From Heterodontus francisci (lineage: Eukaryota): DNA of 64,000 nucleotides. The stretch lies in assembly GCF_036365525.1 (NCBI RefSeq), contig NC_090404.1, positions 3,534,001-3,598,000 on the forward strand. The letters are read 5' to 3'. The position numbers were made by a program, and so were the translations under genes. Below the pieces are notes generated by a model. That model was not told the origin of the DNA. It was given only the letters and a program-made list of their open reading frames with translations, and did no database searches. Shown in pieces: positions 11,790-22,813 of the stretch. Position 1 is the first letter of the stretch. Each line of letters begins with the position of its first letter.

Positions 11790-14700
11790 GCAGGGTGTAA
11801 TGTTCAGCCTGTGGCATGTGGGAAGTGATGGATGCACCATGGGTCCCAGACAAACACACCTGTAGGAAGTGTTACAGGCGGCACTAGCTTGAGCTCTTGC
11901 TTTCAGAACTTATGCGGCCGCTGGAAACACTGTGGCGCATCCGTGAGGCAAAGAACTTCATGGAGAGCACATTTAGGGAGATGGTCACAATGCAGGTTAG
12001 GAGTCTGCAGGTAGTTAGCGAATGGGTGACCGCCAGGCTGTCTAGGAGAACCAGGCAGGTAGTGCAGGAGTTCCCTGAGACGATCTCGCTTGTTGATCAT
12101 TTTTCTGTTTTATACATTGGTGAGGGTGATGGTTCCTCAGGCAGCTGCAGTCAGAACCAAGTCCACGGCACCACGGGTGGCTCAGCTGCACAGGAAGGGA
12201 GGAAGAAGAGTGCAAGAGCAGCAGTGAAATGGGATTTGTTGGTTAGGAGAAGAGACAGGCGTTTCTGAAGCCGTATACGTGACACCAGATGGCATGTTGC
12301 CTCCCTCGTGACATGGTCAAGGATTGCACAGAGCGGCTACAGGACATTCTTCTGGTGGAGGGTGAACAGCCAGAGGTAGCGGTCCACGGTGGTGCCAACG
12401 ACATAGGTAGGAAGGGAGATGAGATCCTGAAAGCAGTTTTTATGGAACTAGGAAGGGGATTAAAATGCAAGACATCAATAGAAGTAATCTCAAGATGGAT
12501 TAATTAATTAATTAATGTTATTTTATCTCAGGATTAGTCCCCGTTTCATGTGCTAATGAATATAGGAATAGGAGGATTGAGCTATTGAACTGGTGTAGAA
12601 GAGAGGACGTCAAATTTATGAGTCATTGGGACCGGTTCTGGGGCAGGTGAGACATGTACAAGATGGATGAGTCACACCTTAACAGGATCGGAACTAATAT
12701 CGTCGTGAGGAACTTTGCTACTGTTGCTGGGGAGTGTTTAACGGAAATGGGAACCTTCGAGGAACTCAGATTGGAGGGAAGCAAAACTGGTAATTGGTAA
12801 TAGAAACGTCGTAAGCGAAATTAGAAGACAGCCGAAGCAAAGGCAAGCATCAAATAGAATCAGAAAGCAGTTTAATGCTAAAAAGGCATAATTAAAGGCA
12901 CTCTGTATGAATGCAAGTAGCATTCGCAACAAGGTTGATGATTTGAAGGCATAAATTGAGGTAAATGGGTATGTTCTAATGGCCATTACAGAGACGTGAC
13001 TGCGGCGTTACCATTGTTGCCTGAATATCCAAGGATATTCGACATTTGGGAAGAATAGGCAAGAAGGGAAAGTAGATGGGGCAGTACCATTCATAAGAGA
13101 CAAGATCTGTACGTTAGTGAGAGTGGCTTTTAGATCGAAGGGTCAAGACGTTAGTAATTTTGGGTGGATTTCAGAAACAGCAAGAGGCATCAAACATTGG
13201 GGGGAGTTTTTTTTTATATAGACCATCAAACAGTAGCCGTAATGTTGGACACGATATAAATCAGGAAATTAGAGATGCATGTAATGTGAGTATTAAGACA
13301 TAATGGGCGAACTTCAAATTACATATAGAATGGGCACACCTGATCAGCATGAATACAGTGGAGGATGAATTCCTGGAGTGTGTATGATATGGGTTTCTGG
13401 CGCACTACATTGAAGAACAAACTAGGGATCGGGCTATTTTAGATTTAGCATTTATGTCATGAGCAATGGGATTTAAAAACCTTGTTGTAAAAGAGCCTTT
13501 GTGAAATTGTAACCATAATATGATAGAATTTCACATTAAGTTTGAATGTGATATAGTTTATTCTGCAACTGGGGTCTTAAATCTGAACAAGGGAAACAAT
13601 GAAGCTGTGAGGGGCAAGTTAGCTATGGTGGATTGGGAAACTGCACTAAACGGTTTGACAGTAGACAGGCAATAGCTCGTATTTAAAGAAGTACTACATG
13701 GTGTACAATAGATATAAATCCCTCTGAGTCACAAACACCCAATGGGAAATGCGATCCACCCATCGCTAACAAAAGAAGATAAATATTGTATTCAAGCAAA
13801 GGAAATGGCTTATATGAATGCTACAAAAGTGGTAAAACTGAGTATTGGCAGCAATTAGAACCCGGCAAAGGATGACCAACAAACTGATAAAGAAAGGCAA
13901 AAGAGAATATGAATGCAAGTCAGCGAGAAACATTAAGGCGGACTCTAAAAGCTTCTTTAGGTATGTGAAATGAAAAAGATTACAGGTGATGAGAGGAGAA
14001 TTTCTATTGGAGAACAGGGAAATGGCGGAGATTCTGAACAGTCACTTTGTGTCTGTCCTCATGGAACACAGGACTGAAAATCTCCCAGAAATACTAGGTA
14101 ACAAAGGGACGTGTGAAAATTGAGGAACTGAAATAAATTATCATTAGTAAAGAAGTAGAATTTCAAACAAACAGTTGAAGGAGGTGGCTATACAGACAGT
14201 GGAGGCATTGGTCGTTATTTTTCAAAAGACTATTGATGATTCTATAGATTCTGGAACGGTTCCTCCGGATTGAAAAGTAGCAAATGAAGCCAAACTAGTT
14301 AAGAAGAGAGAGGCAGACAGAGAATGGAGAAGCACAGACCTGCTAGTTTGGCGTTAGCAGCAGGGAAAATGTTAGAATGTATTATAAACGTTGTTGTAAC
14401 TGGACACTTAGAAAAAATGGTAAAATTGGGCCTAGTCAACATGGAGTTCTGAAAGGGAAATCATGTTTGACAAGACAGTTGGAGTTTCTTAAGGATGGTA
14501 CTTGTAGCATAGAAAAAAGAAAACTAGTGAATGTCGTGCATTTAGGTTTTCAAAAGGCTATTGATAAGACCCAAAGGCGTAAAAAATAAAAAAATTGTAG
14601 CGCATGAGATTGGGGGTAATATGCTAGTATGGATTGAGAAGTGGTTAACAGACAGAAAGCAGCCAATAAGAATGAACAGGTCATTCTCAGGATGGCAGGC

Positions 14701-15735
14701 TGCTACTAGTTAGGTACCGCAAGGATCAGTGCTATGGCCACAACTGTTCACAATCGATATAAATGATTTGAATGTGGGAACCAATTGTAATATTTCCAAA
14801 TTTGCCGATGACACAAAACTAGGTGGGAATGTAAGTTGTGAGAAGATGCAAGAAGGCTTCAAGTGGACTTGGACAGGCTAAGCGAATGGGCAAGAACGTG
14901 GCAGATGGAGTGAAATGTGAATCAGTGTGAAGTTATCAACTTCTGTAAAAAAAAACTGAATGAAGGAGTATTCCTTAAATGTTAAGAGGTTTGGAAGTGT
15001 TGGCATCCAAAGGGACTTGAGTGTCCTTGTTCATGAGTCACTAAAAACTAGCATGCAGGTACAACACTCAGTAAGGAAGGGAAATGGCATGTTGGCCTTC
15101 ATCGCAAGTGGTTTTGAGTACAGAAGTAAAGATGTCTTGCTGCAGTTCTATAGAGCCTTGGTGAGACCACACCTGGAGTATTGTGTACAGTTTTGGTCTA
15201 CTTACCTAAGGAAGAATATACTTGCCATAGAGGGAGTGCAATTGAGGTTCACCAGACTAATCCCTGGAATAGTGGGATTGCCTTATGAGGAGAGATTGAG
15301 GAAACTGGGCCTGTATTCCATAGCGTTTCGAAGAATGAGAGGTCATCTCATTGAAACTTACAAAATCATGGAAACTTACAAAATTTTTACAGGGCATGAC
15401 AGGGTGGTTGTAGGTAGGATGTTTCCTATGGCTGGTGAGTATAGACCAGGGGACATAATCTCAGAATAAGGAGTAGGCTATTTAAGACTGAGATGAGGAG
15501 GCAACGCAGAGGGTGGTGAATCTTTGTAATTTTGTGCCCCAGAGGGCTGTGAAAACTCAATAATTGAGCATAGTTAAGACAGAAATCGATAGATTTCTGG
15601 AGACTAATGACATCATGGATATGGAGGTAGCTTGGAAAAGTGGTGTTGAGGTAGATGATCATCCATAATCTAACTGAATGGTGGAGCAGGCTCGACGGGC
15701 TGAATGGCCTATTCCTGTTCCAATGCACCTATGTT
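11790..15735 (+). mobile_element. Near full-length decayed CR1 LINE (ORF1 and ORF2 remnants)
   Basis: ORF1 remnants (CCLP..VKD, GEQPEVAVHGGANDIG), EN start (LCMNASSIRNK), RT and LVRPHLEYCVQFW, with many stops. Confidence 0.9.
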
Positions 15736-16352
15736 ATCACATTTGCTTTCTGAGCAAAAGTTCCTTGATTCGATCCCATGTGGAAACATCATGTTTAATC
15801 GTGCTATGGATGAATAACCAAGGGCGACCTTATTTTTTCTGTTGAACAGGGTGGCAGTGAGTTATGCCTCATTGTTTAAAACCTCCTTCTTTTCCTAAAC
15901 ATCAGTGACAGGGATTAAAATCCCGGATTTCAATCCCTCCAGGGTTTTCTCATTTTCATTCATCTGCAAGCCTTGACGAAATTAGCGCTCAGAAATCGAA
16001 CAGAAATTAGCCAAATCAATGACATTTTTTCCTCTGGCGTTCTGTCTCTTTAGGCTTCTGCCACTCTTGGTGTTTCGTTCCATGTATGTCAATGTCATTC
16101 AATTCCCAGAGGGGGTGACTGCATTTTACTTGCAAAAATATTCATCATAATATTTGTGTAGCTTCATCTTAAAATTTTAGAGGAAAATAGCAGCGTCAGA
16201 AGATGCCAGATGAGATTGTGTCTTTTTAATTTTCTTGCCTGCAGGCTATTCAGCGACTAAGTGCCTCTATGCACAAAGCAGAGGGATCTGTTTGTTCGAG
16301 TAACTGGAAATAATTGTGGATCCGAATTGTCTCTCTGTGGATTTCCAGCATG

Positions 16353-16358
16353 TATAAA
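16353..16358 (+). promoter_or_regulatory. Putative TATA box of GPCR paralog B
   Basis: TATAAA about 80 nt upstream of the ATG at 16435; paralog C has TATAAA at 40301, about 90 nt upstream of its ATG. Confidence 0.5.
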
Positions 16359-16434
16359 TGAGAGGCTGTTTCAGTCTGTCATGGGGAATCTCTGAACTAC
16401 TGTCACCATCAGAGATCATCGCTGCTCACAGAAA

Positions 16435-16504
16435 ATGCATGGCCGAGTAACTGGTGCAGTTTATGCCATTTACTATCCTATTCTTGCTGCTATCGGAGTC
16501 CCGG
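16435..16504 (+). CDS. GPR139-like GPCR paralog B, exon 1
   Basis: MHGRVTGAVYAIYYPILAAIGVP/G|GTGAGT, phase 1. Splices in frame to 21507 (GVPVNLVAIVILSR). Same structure as 40393-40459. Confidence 0.88.
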
Positions 16505-17819
16505 GTGAGTCATTGTACTAAATAATTAATTGTATTAATTACTTTTTGAAGAATTTACTACTGTCACTGACAATTAGGAAAAGTGATATATTTATTTCCA
16601 GGTGTTTGTTATGAAGTCACTTGGTCAGGGTATACTAACTTTCCATTATTTTAATATATATCTGTTTTATACAAGCAGCAATCATTGAGTCTCAGATACA
16701 TGCAACATAGTGAAGCAACTGCTTGTCAACAGCCTTGTGCACGCCTGATAATGCCCTTTGACTGATTTTAAAAAGTGTTTTGTTCACTTTAAAAAACTAT
16801 AGTTCATCGGGATAATTCTGCAGGTAGAAAAATGGAGGATATACTTCCAACAATAACATCTAAAGGTAGATTTTAACTTTTCCTGTTAATCTAAATTGGG
16901 CAATAGCGAGCAGGCAGCCCATTTGAATCTCGCTTGAATTATATTTCCATTGATTTCTGCAGATTCACTATCAGCTGTTTCACACACGCTCAAAGTCAAG
17001 ATTTGCCCATGGAAACGATTGAGGGCGCAAATGGTCTTGAGCAGTAAAGCAAACAGGTGGTGAGTTTTACACTCCGTCTCGTTCTCTATCCCTGTCCCAT
17101 AACAGAGGGAAGAAAACCGGACCGAGTGTAAAACATTCGGCCCATTCGCCCCAGCCCAGAACCAAATTCCCCCTCATGTCCCCGGATCATCAATCCAGGC
17201 CGACTGAATGACTCGTCCAGTGACATAACAACGATGCTACTGTTCCCTTTAGGTTCATTCTCATTATACGCTTTTATTATTTCCCATTCTGCGCTAAAAT
17301 TGACCTTTAATTTGGATTGTTCTCTGTTTTCTGGCGGAAACGATGATTGAGTTTATCATGATAGACATGAAGTTTAAACGAATTACTGACAAATTTTGTA
17401 AATTAATGTGGAGATCTGAGCAGAAGAATCACAGGTGTCGCATGTTATTTTTGTAAAGTGGCTATTAAATCTAGATACTAGTTCAATCTTCACATTTACT
17501 GAGTAAGTAAACCTAAGTTATTATGTTTATGTCATAGAATAATTATTAATTGAGTGAATCATTTCTCTATGAATTCAAGTGAACAGCTTACTTGCTGGAG
17601 AGAACCTTGCTCAGTTGCCGCTGCATGTTGCTAATGAATGGCTTTGCTGCGCTCTGTTCTGAGACAGTGGTTAATACGGGGAGCAGGATGGGAGAGAGGA
17701 AATGTTGTTAGTTTGTTCAACATATTACAAAACCCCGATGGTCAACCGAGGTGAGTCGGGTTCAACAGGAAAATCTCTGAGGCTGAGTAGAGGGAGATTA
17801 GAATTCCACATGGATCTGA

Positions 17820-18245
17820 GATGGGAATCATGTTTTGTTGTGGGGTCAGAAGCATCGTGGTTATCTTACTGGACTAATGATCCAGAAACATGAGTTCAAA
17901 TCCCACAACAGCAGCTGGGGAATTATAATTTTATTAATTAATGAATCCAGAATAAAATGTTACTCTCAGTAATGGTGAACATGCAACTACTGGGTTGTCA
18001 TAAAAATCTACTCGGTGCACTCACATCCTTTAAAGAAGGAAATCTGCCCTCCTCACCTGGTCTAGTCTATATGTGACTCCAGACGCTCAGCAACGTGGTT
18101 GACTCTTCACCGCCATCTGAAATGACCTAGCAAGCCAACCAGTTAAGAAGGTGGCTGAACGCCACCCTGTCAAGGACAATTAGGGATAAACAATATATGC
18201 TGACTTGCCCAGCTGAGCCCACACACCGTGAATGAATAATTAAAA
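17820..18245 (+). mobile_element. tRNA-derived SINE-like repeat
   Basis: B-box-like gagttcaaatccc; core ggaaatctgcc...ggtct also at about 1330-1400. Confidence 0.55.
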
Positions 18246-19339
18246 AGGACTTGAAGTGGAAAACATCAGGAATGTGGGAGGATTAGGAGTATGTGTACAT
18301 TCGGGAAGCTGGAAGATAACTTGAAACGGCCATTATATAAACGTTTGCCACTTGGACTTGCCCACTTGAACAAAACATGGTTTTGTAAAGATGTTTTTAA
18401 AGCATCCAGGTGAAAACATTAGCGGCCATGCATGTTTATATAAACAATGATCAACTTTGATGTTTGTGTCATGTCAATATGATATGTAGCTGTAAATGAG
18501 TAGTGATAACGTTTTAGTGATGGACGAAGTTTACAGATAAACCAATAAGCAGCAAGAAATTGGCATCCAAATTACATATTTGTAACTTATTCAGTGTGAC
18601 GGAAAATCTTGAGCAAACTGTGACACGGGAAGTGTGATGAATGGGAAATTCACATGGAACATAGGGACACGACATTGGGGAGATATAAAATCAGGATACA
18701 CACTGGCACATCTTTTTGATGCCGTGGACATCTCCAGACTGGCTAAATGAGACTGAAGCTTCAAAACGTGATGTCTCTTCATTGCAGTCACAAGCAACCA
18801 GTCAGCAAGCTCTAAACTTTCGTCCGCCAAACGTCAGAATGGGCCGCAAAGTTAAGACTAAATGTCAGGGATAAAATTGGTCTTTCGCTACAGTGCAGAG
18901 TTATAGAGATTCCACAGCAAATTATAAAGTTTAAGTTATGTCTGATTTGTTACTTTACCCATTGTGTGCTACCTCAAAGACCAATTTCAGCGTCAATATT
19001 TGGTCTGGACTCTCGAGAGGGATTGAATTTGGCTTTTGCGTGATGAGGGGCAACATGCAGGGCTAGCACCAAGAATATTAAGTTCCTTTAATCCAGATTT
19101 GAATGCTAAAGGCTGTCTATCGACTGAAGCAAGGCGTGCTCCAGGCCTCGAATTGTATGCGCGGCCCTTCATTGATTTGAACAGGACCATAAAGTCATTG
19201 TTACCTTTTTGAGGCCTGTTAATGTTGGGTGGTCTCAGTGAAAATTTACCCCATGTTTATTACATTAATCCAAAGTATATAGGCTTGGACGCCAGCGATA
19301 TACCAACTTGTTGGTTTTATTATTAACAGTGCAACTTAC

Positions 19340-20560
19340 AAATATGTCATACACCTGCATGTTTGATGAAATAATAGTCAAGGTTGATGAAGACAATGCA
19401 GTGTTTATTGTCTACATGGATTTTAAGAAAGCATTTGATAAGGTGTCATATAAAAGGCTGCTTAACAAAGTTTAAGCTCATGGGATAGGAAGCTCAGTGT
19501 ACAGCAGGATAAAAATGGCTTAAAGACAGAAAACAGTGAGTCATATTAAATGGCTGTTTTTTTTCCGACTGGAGGATGGTTCCCCGAGGGTCAGTGCTGG
19601 GAACACTGCTTTTTTGCTGTACATAAATGACTCGGTTCTTGGAATACAGAGCTTCAAAGTTTTCCAAGATCCGGATTTGGAGGTTTTGAAAACAGTGAGG
19701 ATGATCTGAACCGACTGAAACAAGAAATAGATAGGCGAGCAGAATGGGCAGACAAGTGGCAGATGGAATTTAATAACGACAAGTGTGAGGTGATGCCTTT
19801 TGGCAGAAGGAATCGGAAGAGGCAATCTATACTTAATGGCACAGTTCTAAAGCGTGAGCAGGGACAGAGGGACATGGGGGTGCATGTGCATCGATCTTTG
19901 AAGGTGACAGGATATATTGAGAGAATGATTGGCAAAGCATGTGGTATTTTTAGGCTTCATAAATATAGACATTAAGTACAAAAGCAGGGGTGTTATGCTG
20001 AAACTTCATAAAGCTCTGGTTAGGCCCCAACTGGAGTATTGCTACCTGTTCAGGTTACCACACTTTAGGAAGGATGTGAAGGTCCTTGGGAGGCTGCAAA
20101 GGAGATTTACCATAATAGTTCCAGGGATGGGGGATTTTATTTATAGGGTTAGATTGCAAAAGCTGGGGTTGTTACCCTTAGAGCAAAGGAGACAGAAGAG
20201 AGATTCAATAGAGATGCACGAGATTATGACAGGTTTAGATAAGTTATACAAGGGAAAACTGTTCCCATTAACTAATGGTAGAAGGACTCGGGACACAGAT
20301 TGAAGGTTTTGGACAAAAGTACCAGGGAGAATATGAGGAAGAACTTCTTTACACAGCGGGTGGTAATGATCTGTAACTCGCTACCATAAGGGTAGTGGAA
20401 GCAGAGACAGTCAACTTCAAAATAAATCGGACGGGTGCTTGTAAGAAATAAACGTGCAGGGCTGTGGAGACCGAGCTGGGTATGGAACTGACTGGATGGC
20501 TCTGTGGAGAGCCAGCATGGACGCGATGGCTCGAATTGCCTCCTTCGCAGCCGTAGCTGA
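19340..20560 (+). mobile_element. Decayed CR1 LINE
   Basis: VYMDFKKAFDKV, MEFNNDKCEVM, LVRPQLEYC motifs. Confidence 0.85.
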
Positions 20561-21506
20561 TTTCATGACTCGATGACTATTAGCGCACACATCGGAGTAT
20601 GAGAACAATGAATCAAACTAGGATGTTCTCAACACGGAGTACCAAGGAATTACTGATTTATCTATCTAGGTGGAAGATGTGAGGTGGCATACTGAGATAT
20701 TTGTCATGTGTTCATTATGTGGTCATGTGCTACTACAGTGGCAAATGGCAATGTGGCATCACATGCACTCCATTCTCACTGGGATGTGATTTCTGTTTAT
20801 GTGGAAGATCAGACAATGTTGCATGGTTATAAACATCACACCTCAACAAGAGGAAACAGGTTAGCGATATTTCTTACACAAACCATTTGATGCTTCTTAA
20901 ATTGCATTAGTCGGACAGCTCCTGCCTACTCAACATTACCCTGTGGAATCCCAATGAGTCAACCTAAACCGCTGTATTAGCATCTATCACAGTATACATT
21001 TTCGTATCACAAATATATTAATGCTGACTACTCTATTGTTAAGCAATTTCCTGATTTATGATACAACATAAAAAGTTGGCAGCTTAATATCACAAGTAAT
21101 GTCGAGACCTTCATTTGCTTGGGCCCTAAACCCTAGAATTTCCTTCCTAAACCTTACTACTTCTCTTTCCCTGTCTCCTCCTTTACTACGCTCCTTAAAA
21201 ACCGATCTCTCTGACCAACTGTTTGGTGATCTGCCCCAATATCTCCTTATGTGGCTCAGTCTCAAATTATAGCACTCCTATGAGACCCTTGCGGTACTTA
21301 ATTACGTTAAAGGGGCTGTGTTAATACTAGTTGTTGGAATTGTGGTTGTTGGGACACGGAAAATACTGGAAACCCACTAATAATTGTTTTGGTTTCCTTC
21401 CATAAATAATGAAATGTCAAAGATGTCACAGAATCCTGTCACACTGACGTGTCTGCTGCGAATTTGTTTAATAACTTCCCAATTTTATTTTTTTTCTTCT
21501 TCTCAG

Positions 21507-21964
21507 TTAACTTAGTGGCGATTGTGATCCTGTCCCGAAGAAGGTGCGGTCTCTCCGGATGTATCACTCTGTATCTGGTGTCCATGGCGGTGACGGATCT
21601 CCTGGTCGTTATCACTGCAGTGATATTCAATCGGATTACAGGCATTTATTTTCCAGTTAGTTTTATGTCCCTGACTCCGTCCTGTACTCTCAGTACCGTG
21701 ATAATCTACGCAGCCACGGAGAGCTCTGTCTGGTTAACCGTCGCTTTCACCTTCGACCGATTTATAGCCATTTGCTGCCAGAAGCTGAAAACAACCTATT
21801 GCACCGAGAAAACGGCGTCAGTGGTTGTAGGAACGGTCGGTTTTTTGAGCTGTTTAAAAAGCGTTCCCTGGTATTTTATGTACGAACCACTCTACCTAAT
21901 TAAAAATGTGCCGTGGTTTTGTAATGTAAAATCCAGCTTCTATAATTCACTCGCATGGACAGCC
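21507..21964 (+). pseudogene. GPR139-like paralog B, exon 2, 5' part (TM1-TM4/ECL2), interrupted by CR1
   Basis: Acceptor ttcttcttctcag|; YLVSMAVTDLL, VWLTVAFTFDRFIAICC, PWFC...AWTA, then CR1 sequence. Confidence 0.92.
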
Positions 21965-22813
21965 GACTTCACCTGCTGGAAGTGCATCCGTCTCCAGCTC
22001 CTATCAGACCGTGTTAGGGAATTGGAGCTGGAGCTGGATGAACTGAGGATCATTCGGGAAGCTGAGGGGTTGATAGATAGAAGCTACACGGAGGTCGTTA
22101 CTCCACAAATCAAAGGCAGCTGGGTAACAGTTAGAGGTGGGAAGAGGTCAGTGCAGGGATCTCCTGTGGTCGTTCCCCTCAACAACAAGTATACAGTTTT
22201 AGATACTGTTGGGGGGGACGGCCTATCGGGGGCAGGCTGCAGTGACCGGGCCTCTGGCACGGGGTCCTGCACTGTGGCTCAGAAGGGAAGGAGGGAGAAT
22301 GGGAGAGCACTAGTCATCGGGGACTCGATGGTGAGGAGTACGGACAGGCGGTTCTGTGGGCGCAGGCGAGACGCACGGATGGTTTGTTGCCTCCCTGGTG
22401 CCAGGGTCCGTGATGTTTGTGATCGCGTCTTCAGGATCCTTAAAGGGGAGGGGGAGCAGCCAGAGGTCGTGGTGCACATTGGCACCAACGACGTAGGAAG
22501 GAAGGGTGGCACAGATGTTAGAAGTGAGTTTAGGGAGTTAGGCTGGAAGCTGAAAGCTCGGACGGACAGAGTTGTTATCTCTGGTTTGTTGCCGGCGCCA
22601 CGTGATAGTGAGGCTAGGAATAGGGAGAGAGCACAGCTGAACATGTGGCTGCAGGAATGGTGTAGGAGGGAGGGCTTCCAGTTCTTGGATAATTGGACTG
22701 CATTCTGGGGAAGATGGGACCTGTTCAAACAGGACGGGCTGCATCTGAACCAGAGGGGCACCAATATCCTGGGAGGGAGGTTTGCTAGTACTGTTCGGGA
22801 GGGTTTAAACTAG
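21965..22813 (+). CDS. CR1 ORF1 (partial CxxC, leucine zipper, SGNH esterase), in frame with upstream GPCR exon
   Basis: TCWKC, LELELDELR, and SGNH blocks VIGDS / HIGTND / DGLH. Confidence 0.9.
   Translation, partial: DFTCWKCIRLQLLSDRVRELELELDELRIIREAEGLIDRSYTEVVTPQIKGSWVTVRGGKRSVQGSPVVVPLNNKYTVLDTVGGDGLSGAGCSDRASGTGSCTVAQKGRRENGRALVIGDSMVRSTDRRFCGRRRDARMVCCLPGARVRDVCDRVFRILKGEGEQPEVVVHIGTNDVGRKGGTDVRSEFRELGWKLKARTDRVVISGLLPAPRDSEARNRERAQLNMWLQEWCRREGFQFLDNWTAFWGRWDLFKQDGLHLNQRGTNILGGRFASTVREGLN

Noticed and set aside
21449-21506. ORF-track N-terminus MSAANLFNNFPILFFFF
   Set aside because: Intronic polypyrimidine tract; the real start is exon 1 at 16435.
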